From a virus (taxonomy: Duplodnaviria; Caudoviricetes): a stretch of DNA of 64,000 nt. A program made the position numbers and the translations under genes. Where the stretch lies: IMG/VR virus record IMGVR_UViG_3300033463_004353, positions 1-64,000 of that record; one strand, written 5' to 3'. Under the pieces are notes generated by a model, which had not been told where the DNA came from, did not search any database, and saw only the letters and a list, made by a program, of their open reading frames with translations. Below, one piece after another: positions 1 through 10,517 of the stretch; position 1 is the stretch's first letter; every line of letters begins with the position of its first letter.

Positions 1-556
1 CTTGTGCACCCTTAGCACCTTGTGCACCAACAGCACCTTGTGCGCCCTTAGCACCCGCTGCTCCTGCTGTACCAGCTGCTCCTTGTGCACCCTTAGCACC
101 TGCTGTACCAGCTGCTCCTTGCGCACCAACAGCACCTTGGCTTCCATTAGTGCCATTAGTTCCTTTCAATCCTTGTGCTCCTTGTGTGCCAATAGCGCCT
201 TGTGCGCCAGTTGATCCGGTGTTTCCAGTGTTTCCAGTAGCTCCCTTAGCACCTTGTGCACCTTGCAAGCCCAATGGCCCTTGTATGCCTACAAGTCCTT
301 GTATTCCTTGCAAGCCTTGCAAGCCTTGTATGCCTTGTGCACCTTGTGGTCCTGTTGGGATAGACAATGCATAGCTTGTTGTTCCTATGATGTAAGTCAG
401 AGTAGTTCCTGATGTTGATACTCCTTTAACATATCTAGTGTCATGATTATGATCTGATGATGCTAGCTCAGACAATTCTTTCTCTCCACCGCCGGCAAGC
501 AATATATATTCATTTGAAAAGCCACCAACGAAGTATCCATCTTTAACTTTTGCCAT
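1..556 (-). CDS. Collagen-like (Gly-X-Y) tail/head fibre protein, 3' end runs off the window
   Basis: Not in the ORF track. Manual translation from ATG 556: [17 protein letters not shown]...[18 protein letters not shown]...[15 protein letters not shown], with continuous G-X-Y. TTATTTTTAA motif upstream at 590-599. Confidence 0.85.
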   Translation of the reverse strand, partial: MAKVKDGYFVGGFSNEYILLAGGGEKELSELASSDHNHDTRYVKGVSTSGTTLTYIIGTTSYALSIPTGPQGAQGIQGLQGLQGIQGLVGIQGPLGLQGAQGAKGATGNTGNTGSTGAQGAIGTQGAQGLKGTNGTNGSQGAVGAQGAAGTAGAKGAQGAAGTAGAAGAKGAQGAVGAQGAKGAQ

Positions 557-666
557 AATACTGGAAAATCAAATATAAAGATAAGTTTTTTAAAAATAAA
601 AAGATGGATATTCACATACCCATCTCTAACCAATTAAATCACTTATTGACAATTAATTATTTGCAA

Positions 667-1011
667 TCATGCATTAGATTTGAATTGTATCATAGACTTC
701 CAGTTCCCAAGCTTTATCTCAACATTGTCAAGCCCAATGAACCCATCAAGATACTCAAAGACATATTGTGTCCACTCAGAAGAGAAATGCATCAAGTCTA
801 TAGAGTATTTCATCATCAAGTCATCATAGTTGTTGAAGTCTAGATATTGCTCTCTACTTGGTATGACTGATATCTCTAATGTGCTAGTCAAGTCAGCATG
901 CTCACAATAGAAGTAGAAGTAGTCACCATAGAACTGCAATGGCTGCTTGCGCTCTTTGCTAGAGAGCATGTGGTCTCTCTCTATGTACAGATTCAAGAAT
1001 TCTCTTTCCAT
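667..1011 (-). CDS. Hypothetical protein
   Basis: 114-aa ORF in a co-oriented gene run with typical codon usage. Confidence 0.6.
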   Translation of the reverse strand: MEREFLNLYIERDHMLSSKERKQPLQFYGDYFYFYCEHADLTSTLEISVIPSREQYLDFNNYDDLMMKYSIDLMHFSSEWTQYVFEYLDGFIGLDNVEIKLGNWKSMIQFKSNA

Positions 1012-1049
1012 CTATTATAATTTCTTTTGTTTGTATTTCTTGCTCACCA

Positions 1050-1280
1050 TCATGACAACTCATCATCATCTTCAACCATGAAGCCATCAGGAACAACCTT
1101 AGAGATCATGTTGTATCCAGTGATAGACTTGATCTCATCTTCTGGCATGCTCCTCATCATTGATGCAATAGCAACTATGATAGCTGAAGCACCAATGACA
1201 GACACTAATGATCCAACACATGCAAGGCACACAGCCATTGCCAAACCAACCCAGAACTTGATAGCATTGATAGATTCCAT
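1050..1280 (-). CDS. Small membrane protein
   Basis: Hydrophobic N-terminal half, acidic tail, CTATATT motif 31 nt upstream. Confidence 0.6.
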   Translation of the reverse strand: MESINAIKFWVGLAMAVCLACVGSLVSVIGASAIIVAIASMMRSMPEDEIKSITGYNMISKVVPDGFMVEDDDELS

Positions 1281-1359
1281 AATAGTTTAGTATTTAAGTT
1301 GAACACATATGGAATATAGACAATCTGCGCAAGAATTCAATGATTCCAACACTTTTTTT

Positions 1360-2157
1360 TCACTTCATCTTGTATATCTTCAAGCTGTCATCTATCACCC
1401 ATGCACATCTAGAGTCTAGCATAGCATACCTATCAGTGATCTTTGCCTCATCTATAGATGGCTTGCCTAATGTGTGGCCAAACACTTGATACACTCCATC
1501 AATTGCCATGTCTTCATACTCATGCTCTTCTAGATCTGCCCATATGCAGCTACCAAACTCATCATCACCACCACGAAGCCAAGAGACATTGAACAACATA
1601 GACTGCATAGACCAACTATAGCTCTTGATGTTGTTCAATTGCTCAGCAGTTGGCTCTAGTTCCATCAAGTTGTCTCTCACCCACTCAATAGGGCAATCTT
1701 CTCTCACTTTGCCACGCTTCACATATGATGCTGCATACTTGTGCACTTGCTCAAGCCAGCCACGTGTCACACCAGCATGAGTGTAAAGCACTTCTCTGCC
1801 ATTGATCAATTCACTATATGCTATGTCTATATTGCTGAAGTTAGATTCAAGCAAGCTCCTTATCTCTTGGAAGTTTTCATAGTCAATCCTGCACTTGTCT
1901 AGCCTATACATATAATGCAAGTCATGATTGCCAAGCAGCATCACAACTCTGTCATCTTGCTTTGCATACTCAAGTATTTCCTTGAAGTTATCCAATGCAT
2001 CTGATGGAGTTATCCTCTCAAATGATGTATATGGATCTACATAGTCACCAAGGAATATCACCTTGATGTCTGGGAAGCTTTCACGAGAGAGCTTAGTGAC
2101 AGCACTCTTCCAAAACTTCCTCCCATGCACATCTGGTATAATCAGTGTCTTTATCAT
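1360..2157 (-). CDS. Calcineurin-like metallophosphoesterase
   Basis: Motifs PDVHG, GDYVD, GNHD, THAG and GHT. Confidence 0.9.
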   Translation of the reverse strand: MIKTLIIPDVHGRKFWKSAVTKLSRESFPDIKVIFLGDYVDPYTSFERITPSDALDNFKEILEYAKQDDRVVMLLGNHDLHYMYRLDKCRIDYENFQEIRSLLESNFSNIDIAYSELINGREVLYTHAGVTRGWLEQVHKYAASYVKRGKVREDCPIEWVRDNLMELEPTAEQLNNIKSYSWSMQSMLFNVSWLRGGDDEFGSCIWADLEEHEYEDMAIDGVYQVFGHTLGKPSIDEAKITDRYAMLDSRCAWVIDDSLKIYKMK

Positions 2158-2198
2158 CTTTTTTGCCTAGTTTTTTTGTTTGTAGTATGCCTCTCAAT

Positions 2199-2477
2199 CT
2201 ATCGCACCATCTTCCGATGATACATGCCATTGCTGTCAACAAAGCAGAATGTCCCATATCTGAGCCAGTCTCTCATGAAGCTATCTTCTTCATCCATTGT
2301 CCAGTATCCTCGAATGGTCACTACTTTGTCACCACCAGAGTACACATTTGTTATGAACCTGTCCCATATTGACTCTTCATGCAGCATGCCACTAACAATG
2401 TCTTTGCTCATATCTACACTATCAGTGAAGCAATACTCAAAGCTGAACTCTTTGCCATCTATCTTTCTCAATCCCAT
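2199..2477 (-). CDS. Hypothetical protein
   Basis: 92-aa ORF whose start overlaps the end of the upstream GT2 gene. Confidence 0.55.
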   Translation of the reverse strand: MGLRKIDGKEFSFEYCFTDSVDMSKDIVSGMLHEESIWDRFITNVYSGGDKVVTIRGYWTMDEEDSFMRDWLRYGTFCFVDSNGMYHRKMVR

Positions 2478-3592
2478 ATCTTTGACTTGAAATATTCTCT
2501 GTTCTTCAATGCTATCTCATTCTTTGGGTCACTCTTGAGCACTTGCTCATTCACTTCATTTGCCTTGCCATATTCTTCTATTGTTGTGTATATCAACAAG
2601 AGCTGTGACTTTATGTATAGTGTATCTATGTTCCATGCTATCAGCTCTGTCAAGAACATCTCATTGTTCTTGTGCACCAATGCTTCTTCATAGACTCTTA
2701 TAGCTTTCTTCCATTCATTCTTTGCAAAGTACAAGTCACCAAGGCATGCCAAGAACAAGTCATTCTTGTAGCCATGATTGTAAAGCTTCTCACCTTTTGA
2801 TATGAGATCATCCAAGTTGTTGCGCTTCTCACCAACATTGTAGCACACACACATCTTGACGAAGCAAAGTATCACTTCACCTGGTGACAAGAAATTGTCA
2901 TAGTTTCGCATTGCCTCTTGATACATCAAGTATGCTGACAACAGCATGTCATGGTCAAACAGCTCATTAGCATAGTACATCAAGTTCCTTGAAGTGAACT
3001 TCTTGTGCTCTTTGTCCATTGAGCGGAAGATCTCAATGTTCCTGTTTGCATGTGCTTCATCTCTTGTGTCAAAGTTCCTGTGTATCAGCAATGCATCACT
3101 TGTGAACATCTTCTTCTTTATAGTAGTGTCCTCTTTGTAGTCTATGAACTCATGTATAGGATCATGCCACTCTAAGCCAGCACTCCTCTTCACCAGTGCA
3201 TACATGCCAACAAGCAAGTCATCATACTTGCGTATCACCTCAATCAAGTCTGGCATTGAGTCACTCATCACTTTCCTTTTGAATGCCTTCAATTGCATCA
3301 TCAGCCCTTTGGTGAAGTCATCAGACCCATCACACCAGAATATGTAGTCAGAGTCTTTTGACTGTGAGAATGAGAAGTTCCTAGCAGCTGAGAAGTCATT
3401 CACCCACTTGAAATGAGACACAACAACTTTCTTGTTGTTGCTTGACAGTGTCTCTAGTATCTCTAGTGTCTTGTCAGTAGAGCCAGTGTCAGTTATGTAT
3501 ATAGTGTCACAGAACTCATCCAAGTTCTCTACTAGAGACTTGATGTATGGCTCTTCATTCTTCACTATTATGCAAGCATCTATCTTGAGCAT
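2468..3592 (-). CDS. Glycosyltransferase family 2 with C-terminal TPR-like repeats
   Basis: CIIVKNEE, DTGSTDKT, WVNDFSAARN and WHDPIHE motifs; helical TPR-like C-terminus. Confidence 0.88.
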   Translation of the reverse strand: MLKIDACIIVKNEEPYIKSLVENLDEFCDTIYITDTGSTDKTLEILETLSSNNKKVVVSHFKWVNDFSAARNFSFSQSKDSDYIFWCDGSDDFTKGLMMQLKAFKRKVMSDSMPDLIEVIRKYDDLLVGMYALVKRSAGLEWHDPIHEFIDYKEDTTIKKKMFTSDALLIHRNFDTRDEAHANRNIEIFRSMDKEHKKFTSRNLMYYANELFDHDMLLSAYLMYQEAMRNYDNFLSPGEVILCFVKMCVCYNVGEKRNNLDDLISKGEKLYNHGYKNDLFLACLGDLYFAKNEWKKAIRVYEEALVHKNNEMFLTELIAWNIDTLYIKSQLLLIYTTIEEYGKANEVNEQVLKSDPKNEIALKNREYFKSKIWD

Positions 3593-3597
3593 GTGTG

Positions 3598-3966
3598 TCA
3601 GTCACTAATCAATTTGTCTCTTGCTATCTCAATTGCATCATACACAGCAGACAGTTGTGCCGACATCTGCATCCAGTCACCACGACCACCAATGATGCCA
3701 TCACCAACAGCCATGTGGAGCATCCCATAGTAGTCAGGACATGGATCAACTCTCTCTGGAGAATACTCATCATGATAGTCTTGGATGTGTATCTTGATCT
3801 CACCTAAGCCAAGTGTTGCAAATAGTGTGTTCACATAGTCTAGCTCATCTAGCATAGAGCTGATGCCAATCTTTGTGATTTCCTTGCAATGCTCTCTACT
3901 CCCACCCATGCACAATGGTGTTGCAATCTCAGCACACTCATCTATGTTGTCTCTATTTGCTTCCAT
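3598..3966 (-). CDS. Hypothetical protein
   Basis: 122-aa ORF with TTGACTATTTTA motif upstream. Confidence 0.6.
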   Translation of the reverse strand: MEANRDNIDECAEIATPLCMGGSREHCKEITKIGISSMLDELDYVNTLFATLGLGEIKIHIQDYHDEYSPERVDPCPDYYGMLHMAVGDGIIGGRGDWMQMSAQLSAVYDAIEIARDKLISD

Positions 3967-4010
3967 GATATCTGGATTTGCTTGTATGTGTATATTCTAA
4001 AATAGTCAAA

Positions 4011-4988
4011 TCACCAGGCTTTGCATTCTGTCATTATGAATCTCAAGTGTGTTGCCATCAAGCAAGAGTCTGATGCACACAAGATGCTTCTGCAATACAG
4101 CTTGTGGGTGCCATCTGTGATAGTCATCCTTATGAGCTTTGGGTCACTTGCCACATTGCTGCAATGCATCTTCTCAGCATCTATCTCACGATTCTCAAGG
4201 CGCTTAGCTATGCCATGTATCTCAGCATCTATCTTTGAGTTTGTGTCATTGATTGCCTTTGTGACATACTCATCAAGAGTGTAGTTCTTCTTGATTGACT
4301 CAAGCATGACACGGGTCTTTATGATTGAGTCAACTCTCTGCTTTGCCAGGCTTGCGGCCTTTGTATCATTGGATTTCATTGCATTGCTGAACTCTACCCT
4401 AGCTTCATCTTCTTTCACATGTGACTTGGTGATCTTGCTTGGTATGCTCAAGTACAATGCTCTTGACTTCTCACTAGCTTCATCAACACAGCTCTTACGA
4501 TATCCAGATATCTCATCATCTATCTTAGTGAACATCAATCTCTCATTGTCTGCATGGCTTTGGTCTTGCATCTTCTCAACACAAGCAGCAGCTCTCAAGT
4601 ATTGTGACACTAGATATCTGTCAGCCGCACTAGAGTTGTAAGAGTTCATCTTCACCTTGAGCAAGTGCTCAACTTTCCTCTTCTTCACCCTACCTAGCAA
4701 GAAAGAGCAGACAAGCTTTGCAAACTCAACAGGCTCACTCTCAAGAAGCTTGCCAATCTTGCTTGGCTCACTGCCTTGCAACAAGAATAGCCTTATGTCT
4801 TCACTAGAGAACTCAGATCTGCTAGATCTGTCATCATGTGCAGCAGCAAGTATTGCATTGCATATGTCACTTGACTTGCAAGACTGTATTCCATACTTCT
4901 CTGCAATCTTGGCTTTGTCTTTCTTGGTCAAGCACTCACGAACAAGGCTCAAGTCTCTCAACATCTCTTCACTTGTGATGTTTCCCAT
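4011..4988 (-). CDS. Hypothetical phage protein (helical/coiled-coil)
   Basis: 325-aa ORF with promoter motif at 5022-5033. Confidence 0.7.
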   Translation of the reverse strand: MGNITSEEMLRDLSLVRECLTKKDKAKIAEKYGIQSCKSSDICNAILAAAHDDRSSRSEFSSEDIRLFLLQGSEPSKIGKLLESEPVEFAKLVCSFLLGRVKKRKVEHLLKVKMNSYNSSAADRYLVSQYLRAAACVEKMQDQSHADNERLMFTKIDDEISGYRKSCVDEASEKSRALYLSIPSKITKSHVKEDEARVEFSNAMKSNDTKAASLAKQRVDSIIKTRVMLESIKKNYTLDEYVTKAINDTNSKIDAEIHGIAKRLENREIDAEKMHCSNVASDPKLIRMTITDGTHKLYCRSILCASDSCLMATHLRFIMTECKAW

Positions 4989-5051
4989 GTCACTTTGCTT
5001 TAATTAATATCTTGACAATGTGAACATAGAAACATCTATTAGATAGTTCAA

Positions 5052-6431
5052 TCACTTGAAGTCTTTCTCAAGATCTTTCTTCAATGCATCTAAGTCATTG
5101 ATGTACATTTGCTTCTCTGTTGTCTTCTTGATGTATTCAAGCTCTTTCCTTATCTCTTCATTCTGCTTCAGCAGCTCATCTCTCTCTTCAACAGTCATTC
5201 TAGACATTGGTGTTGACAAGAGCTCAATTGGAAGCTTGAATGAGTCCATGTCTGTTTTCACCTCTGCTCTTGTCCTATTCCTAATCTTCAGCTTGCCTTT
5301 GCAGACTAGATCAATGAACTTCACAAGCTCATCATTCTTCTTCAGCTTCTCTTCTAGTATCTTGACTATCCTCTTCTTCCTATCAGTGTACTTGGTGAGC
5401 CTGAACTTCACAAAGTAGTCTATCAGCTCTTTGATGTGAGTGAAGTGGCGTACTTTCTTGTTCTCATCTAGCACCCACAAGCAGTCATCTGGCAACACTT
5501 TCTTGAGCTTCAGCTTAGACTCAATCTTGCTTGATATTGTCTTGCCTTTGAGTGTTGATGCCCACTTGCCTTTCTTGCAGTCTATCCTATAGTCAATCAT
5601 CCCATCTTCAGAGTAGTTTGACCAGTCGCGAATGTCTTCATTCTCAACCATCTTGTTCAATAGCTTCTCAAAAGATGCATACTCAACATCAAATGGCAAG
5701 TCTGTCACATAGATCATCTTCTTCTTCTCATCCCACTTGAACTCACCATAGTTGACCCATTGTCCATCTTCAACCTTCCAACTCTTCTTCTGCACTCCAC
5801 GAACATATGGGTGTATCACCATGTCATCCAATGGCTTCTGCTTCTTTGAGACAAGCATCTCTCGACAAGCATCTATCACTTCAATAGGGTTATATGACAT
5901 AGTTGAGAACCTGAATCCAGGAGACATCCCTTCTTGGCGGTTGACAATCTGCATTGGGATGATTGGCAAGTAGTACTTTGGCTCAATCCACTGGCCCTCA
6001 TCAAATATCTGCTCTGTCAGCTCAATGTCAGTCTTCCACAAGCTAGCATACTTAGACAGCTTCACATACAAGTATCTTGGGCTAGCAGTTGATGAGTCTC
6101 GCAATGTCCCATTTTGAGAGTCAATGTACAGTGGGTTCAAGTTGAACTTGTGCTCTTGTGACAGTGTTATGCAAGTGCTGTTCAAGCTCTGGTCACCATG
6201 TGGATACAATGACAAGTTCATTGTGTCACCAGCTAAGTTAGGTATCTTCTTCTGTGAGCCATCTCTCAGTGATCCATGGAATGCAGCATGCATTATCTTC
6301 CTAGCACCAGTCTTGAGCCCATCAATGCCAGGCAATGCACGATTCTCTGCAACATACTGTGAGAAGTCTTTGTAGTCAGTCTCAAAGAACTCTGATATAG
6401 TCTTAGTCTTGTTTAGCTTGTTCTCCATCAT
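5052..6431 (-). CDS. Type II DNA topoisomerase, GyrA/T4 gp52-like subunit
   Basis: DGLKTGARK, YPHGDQS and ASPRY (catalytic Tyr) motifs. Confidence 0.93.
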   Translation of the reverse strand: MMENKLNKTKTISEFFETDYKDFSQYVAENRALPGIDGLKTGARKIMHAAFHGSLRDGSQKKIPNLAGDTMNLSLYPHGDQSLNSTCITLSQEHKFNLNPLYIDSQNGTLRDSSTASPRYLYVKLSKYASLWKTDIELTEQIFDEGQWIEPKYYLPIIPMQIVNRQEGMSPGFRFSTMSYNPIEVIDACREMLVSKKQKPLDDMVIHPYVRGVQKKSWKVEDGQWVNYGEFKWDEKKKMIYVTDLPFDVEYASFEKLLNKMVENEDIRDWSNYSEDGMIDYRIDCKKGKWASTLKGKTISSKIESKLKLKKVLPDDCLWVLDENKKVRHFTHIKELIDYFVKFRLTKYTDRKKRIVKILEEKLKKNDELVKFIDLVCKGKLKIRNRTRAEVKTDMDSFKLPIELLSTPMSRMTVEERDELLKQNEEIRKELEYIKKTTEKQMYINDLDALKKDLEKDFK

Positions 6432-6480
6432 CTTTTTTGTCTTTAGATTTTGTCACTAGATATATACATGCCTTGTGGCA

Positions 6481-8403
6481 TCACTTCTCTGCCATCACAG
6501 TGTCTTTCATCATTCCCTTCCTGATCTTTGCACCTTCAGCATCTCTTGAGAACCACTTCTTGAACACCATATCAGCAGCCTCATCTTTTGTGAAGTAGTG
6601 GTAGATAGGGTTCTTGTACATCTCCTTTGACTCTTCTTTGTTGAGAGTGCCAAGGCCTTTGACATGCTTCACCTCATATCCTTTGAGCTTCTTCTCCATT
6701 GCCTTGAACTCTTCTAGTGAGTTGAATGCAATGCTCTCAAACTGCTTGGTCCCACGCTTGCCTTTGTTAGCAACTATGAATGGCGATATCAGCCTGCAGA
6801 TCATCTTCTGCTCAAACAGCTCTTGGAAGTGGTTGAAGAACAGCATCAGCAAGCCAGCGATGTGTGATCCATCAGGGTCCATGTCTGATCCTATCACTAT
6901 CTTGCTGAACTTCAAGTTCTCCATCTTGTTGTACTCTCCCCATTGCAAGCCGATGATGTTCACTATGTCATTGAACACTTGGTTCTTCATCACTTGCGTT
7001 GCTGTCATGCCATACACATTCTCTGGAACTCCTCGCATGAAGTATGCTGCTTGTGTCATTGGGTTTCTGCATGTGCGGAATGCTGATCCAGCGGAGTCTC
7101 CCTCAAACACTATCAGTGTCCTCTCTCTTTGGTTCTTTGAGTTGCAGTTTATGAACTTGTCACTCCTCAAGAGCTTCTTGGCTTCTCTGTTGAGCTTCCT
7201 TATCTTTGCTTGGTCTTCAGCCTCAGCTTTCTTCTTGTACCAGTCAATGACGACATCAACAATCTCTGACTTTAGTATCTTCTTCATGAACTCATCAGGG
7301 ATAGTGAACTTTGTCCCATCTTTGTAGAATGCATCTTCACTTGTTGTCAGCTCTTCCTTTGTCTGGCTTGAGTAAGATGGGTTGCTTATGTCAAACAAGC
7401 CAAATATGCCATACTTGTTGCTGATGTTGTTCACCGTAACATCTATCTTGTGCTTCTTCTTCAAGAGCTCACTTATGCTCTTGCCAACCGGTATCCGTAT
7501 TGACTTCAAGTGTGTGCCACGAGAGCATTCAGCACCATTGACAAAGGTGACATCAATGCCGCAGTCAGGGCATATCCAGACTTGCTTCTTAGCATCTCTC
7601 ATTGAGATGACTGTCTCCCAATCAAAGTAGTCATCATAAAGAGACATGTAGTCTTCAAACTTCTTGAACTTCCACTTGAAAGACATCCCATCACAGTTGA
7701 AGACAACCTTCAGCCCAATGTTGGCAGCCGCTGCATCAATGCACCTCTTCTGCAGCACAGCTATGAAGCCATCAGTCAGCCCATTAGCATCTCGCTGGTC
7801 AAACCTTGAGAAGTCTAGCTTGAACTCTGTCTTTGTGAAATGGGCATTGCACTTCTTCACAATTGGCTGTGACTTCCTCTCCATGTTACTATCCCAGACT
7901 ACCTCAAGCATGTTCTTCTTGTCGGCTGTAGTGACTTTGAACTCACTAGAGAAGACATTAGTCAGTGCACTGCCAACACCATTTGTGCCTATCACATTCC
8001 TATCTTCAGTGTCATCATAGTTAGAGCTTGTCCTCAGCTGCCCAAATATGAATTCTGGCACATACATCCCAGCCTCTTTGTGCTTGACAACTGGGATGCC
8101 ACCATTGTCACAGATTGATATCACATTAGTGTCTTTGTCTATGTCAACAATGATCTCATCTAAGCCCATGTTGTCTTTCCTGCGATACTCATCACATGAG
8201 TTTGAAAGCACTTCATCAACCAGCTTGAGCATTGCTGGCACATATGTGACTTCATGCATAGCCATCTTGCCTGACTCACTGTCATACAAGAACACTTGCC
8301 TAGACTCATCACGGGTTGATCCAACCCACATGCCAGAACGCTCAAGTATGTGCTGTCGCTCTGACATTGACTTGTATTTCTGCTCTATTGTCTTCTTTGC
8401 CAT
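6481..8403 (-). CDS. Type II DNA topoisomerase, GyrB/T4 gp39+60-like subunit (GHKL ATPase + TOPRIM)
   Basis: EVLSNSCD, DNGG, GTNGVGS, EGDSA, DMDPDGSHI and KGLG motifs. Start placed at ATG 8403 (MAKKTIEQ) from promoter spacing; the ORF track start is 8424. Confidence 0.93.
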   Translation of the reverse strand: MAKKTIEQKYKSMSERQHILERSGMWVGSTRDESRQVFLYDSESGKMAMHEVTYVPAMLKLVDEVLSNSCDEYRRKDNMGLDEIIVDIDKDTNVISICDNGGIPVVKHKEAGMYVPEFIFGQLRTSSNYDDTEDRNVIGTNGVGSALTNVFSSEFKVTTADKKNMLEVVWDSNMERKSQPIVKKCNAHFTKTEFKLDFSRFDQRDANGLTDGFIAVLQKRCIDAAAANIGLKVVFNCDGMSFKWKFKKFEDYMSLYDDYFDWETVISMRDAKKQVWICPDCGIDVTFVNGAECSRGTHLKSIRIPVGKSISELLKKKHKIDVTVNNISNKYGIFGLFDISNPSYSSQTKEELTTSEDAFYKDGTKFTIPDEFMKKILKSEIVDVVIDWYKKKAEAEDQAKIRKLNREAKKLLRSDKFINCNSKNQRERTLIVFEGDSAGSAFRTCRNPMTQAAYFMRGVPENVYGMTATQVMKNQVFNDIVNIIGLQWGEYNKMENLKFSKIVIGSDMDPDGSHIAGLLMLFFNHFQELFEQKMICRLISPFIVANKGKRGTKQFESIAFNSLEEFKAMEKKLKGYEVKHVKGLGTLNKEESKEMYKNPIYHYFTKDEAADMVFKKWFSRDAEGAKIRKGMMKDTVMAEK

Positions 8404-8463
8404 ATCAAGTTCAGTCAATAACATGGTTGAAAATAGCCATTAATCTAGATAATTCAAAAAACA

Positions 8464-8482
8464 AGGCTCCTTTGTGGAGCCT
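8464..8482 (-). terminator. Intrinsic terminator
   Basis: AGGCTCC/GGAGCCT stem followed on the - strand by a U-rich run. Confidence 0.7.
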
Positions 8483-8483
8483 C

Positions 8484-9176
8484 TCATGTCAGTTTTGATG
8501 CATTGTTCTCATCACACCATCGATTGAATGCTTGTGTGGCAGTCTCATCCGGTGATGACTCCATGCTTGATGAGTGCTTGTCTCCATTGATTGTGCACTC
8601 AACTTCTAGAGTCATCTTCTTCACTTGCCACTTGTCAATCACTATGCCAAGCAAGCAATGCTTGTATGTCTTTGTCTGTCGCCAATAAGAGCATTCGGCA
8701 ATCTCATGCTTGCCACTGCCAACATCTATTGATATGCTAGCAGTGTTCTTCATTAATGTCTTTGCCTTAGACTGGCTAAGTGACTTGACATGCATCTTGC
8801 TAGCAACTCTTGTCTCATAGCTAGTATCAAACATCCTCAAGTGCCAAGGCATCATGAATGTCTTGCTAGAATTGCCAAGCCATATTGTCAAGCATTCTGG
8901 CAGCCACTGTGGTGCGATGTTGTCATAGAATGAGAATCCATAAGTCTTGCTTCCATGCTGGATTGTTTGTGGATTCTTAGCAAATATTGGGAATGACACA
9001 AACAGCATGATGAAAGACAATGCAATGCAAATGACAGGAGCTCCACTACCATAACCTAGCCCATAAGGGTCATACCTCAATGCAAAGTGCTGCATCTTGC
9101 CAATCCTCAAGTCTATGGTGACCCACTTGCTTGAGAATGAGTAGTCTCTGTTGTAATTGTGATTGTTCCTCTCCAT
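8484..9176 (-). CDS. Hypothetical protein with one TM segment
   Basis: 230-aa ORF containing hydrophobic stretch VICIALSFIMLFVSFPIF. Confidence 0.65.
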   Translation of the reverse strand: MERNNHNYNRDYSFSSKWVTIDLRIGKMQHFALRYDPYGLGYGSGAPVICIALSFIMLFVSFPIFAKNPQTIQHGSKTYGFSFYDNIAPQWLPECLTIWLGNSSKTFMMPWHLRMFDTSYETRVASKMHVKSLSQSKAKTLMKNTASISIDVGSGKHEIAECSYWRQTKTYKHCLLGIVIDKWQVKKMTLEVECTINGDKHSSSMESSPDETATQAFNRWCDENNASKLT

Positions 9177-9182
9177 AGTGTG

Positions 9183-10475
9183 TCACCTCAGCAGCCCTCT
9201 TACCACTTCTTTGTCTATCTCTGGTATTGACTGGTATATCTTCTTCATTGCATTGTTTATTATGTACTTCACCTTGTTGACTGACAAGCTCTCATTCTCT
9301 GATATGTCATTTATTGATAGCTCATATGGGCAGTCTATGCCAAACCTCTTCTTGATCACTCTTCGCTCAATGTTTGACAATGAGTACAATGACTTTGATA
9401 TCAAGTCTTTGAATATGCTCTGCTTCTCCATGTTCTCAAGGTTCTCATCTTCCATTATGAACTCTTCTTCAGTCACCTTAGAAGTCTGGTTGTCATGGTA
9501 GCAGTCATCTGTGTGTGGGTTGATGCTGTCTAGCCTTATTATGTTTGCATACCCAATTCCATTCTTCTGTGCTGACTGTGGGATATGCACAATGCTTGAC
9601 ATCTTGTTCAGCTCTATTATGATGTATGCCTTTATCCACATGAATGCTACAGAAGCAAATGATGCTGGCTTTATGTTGTCACGAATCCAGTTCTCAAACT
9701 CTATCTTAGATGCAAAGCCATCTTTAGGTATCTTGTTTATAGTAGTGTCAAGGTTCTTGCTATATACAAAGGCTTTCCTCACTATCTCTTGTGCATCATC
9801 ATAAGAGAACTTCTTCAGAGGTGACTCTTCAAGTATGCCAAGCATGCTGACTCTCAAGTTAGCCTTGTTCTTCTTGTACTTCTTCAAGCACATCAGCAAG
9901 CCTTCATTGCCAGCTTGTATCAAGTCTTCAAATGGCAAGCCAAGGTTCTGGTATCTCTTAGCACACTCAATGACTAGCTTCAAGTTGTTCTTTATGAACA
10001 CATCATAGTTCTCTTCACAGAACTCAAGGTCATTTGACTCATTGAATGGAGTCTTTATGTACTCACTCTTGACCTCATTGAAGTATATGTCTATGTTGTT
10101 GTCAAATGTCTTGTTGCCAGTGTACTTTGATGCAAGCTTTATCCTGACAGTGCGCTTTGCATTAGCCCACCAGTCACGGTCACAATTCTCAAGGCCTTCT
10201 TGGTTGTTCTCAAGATATTCTAGGTAATAGTCAACAATGCTCTTCTCAGAGCAGTCTTTTATTGAATAAGCATCTTTACGGATGACATCATTGACATAAG
10301 TAGATATCACTAAGAAAGAGTCATCATCTACTTGGTTGTTCTTCTTGTACTTAGCCAACCACTTGTCTACTTTCAACTGGTTTGTCTTGCAAAGGTTGAC
10401 ATTACTGGTCCTACTCACTACTGTTTCCCATATAGATATATTGTGTTGGGAACTATGATATAAGATAGAAACCAA
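9183..10475 (-). CDS. Phage RNA polymerase sigma-70 family factor (true start probably downstream of 10475)
   Basis: Region 2 NLKLVIECAKRYQNLGLPFEDLIQAGNEGL; region 4 LSNIERRVIKKRFGI...SINDISE. A promoter motif at 10461-10472 lies inside the first codons. Confidence 0.88.
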   Translation of the reverse strand: MVSILYHSSQHNISIWETVVSRTSNVNLCKTNQLKVDKWLAKYKKNNQVDDDSFLVISTYVNDVIRKDAYSIKDCSEKSIVDYYLEYLENNQEGLENCDRDWWANAKRTVRIKLASKYTGNKTFDNNIDIYFNEVKSEYIKTPFNESNDLEFCEENYDVFIKNNLKLVIECAKRYQNLGLPFEDLIQAGNEGLLMCLKKYKKNKANLRVSMLGILEESPLKKFSYDDAQEIVRKAFVYSKNLDTTINKIPKDGFASKIEFENWIRDNIKPASFASVAFMWIKAYIIIELNKMSSIVHIPQSAQKNGIGYANIIRLDSINPHTDDCYHDNQTSKVTEEEFIMEDENLENMEKQSIFKDLISKSLYSLSNIERRVIKKRFGIDCPYELSINDISENESLSVNKVKYIINNAMKKIYQSIPEIDKEVVRGLLR

Positions 10476-10517
10476 TCAGCAAAGAGTTAAAGGATCTAGA
10501 GTTTGCTTGCTAGATAT

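Noticed and set aside
2-374. Cys/Pro-rich + strand ORFs that look like metallothioneins
   Set aside because: These are antisense shadows of the - strand Gly-X-Y collagen repeat gene.
2154-2201. Possible TAG-to-Gln recoding (as in Lak/crAss-type phages). Reading through the TAG at 2199-2201 would extend the ORF to a TGA overlapping the next ATG.
   Set aside because: Very long ORFs (2532, 1584 and 1214 aa) contain no in-frame TAG, and several genes end credibly at TAG (18108, 22940, 35636, 37920). The standard code explains the window.
6614-8020. Many long antisense ORFs (here and opposite dnaK, the primase-helicase and the tape-measure gene)
   Set aside because: They are Ser/Leu/Phe-rich shadow frames produced by TTA/TAA depletion and codon bias. 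They lack promoter motifs and recognisable domains.
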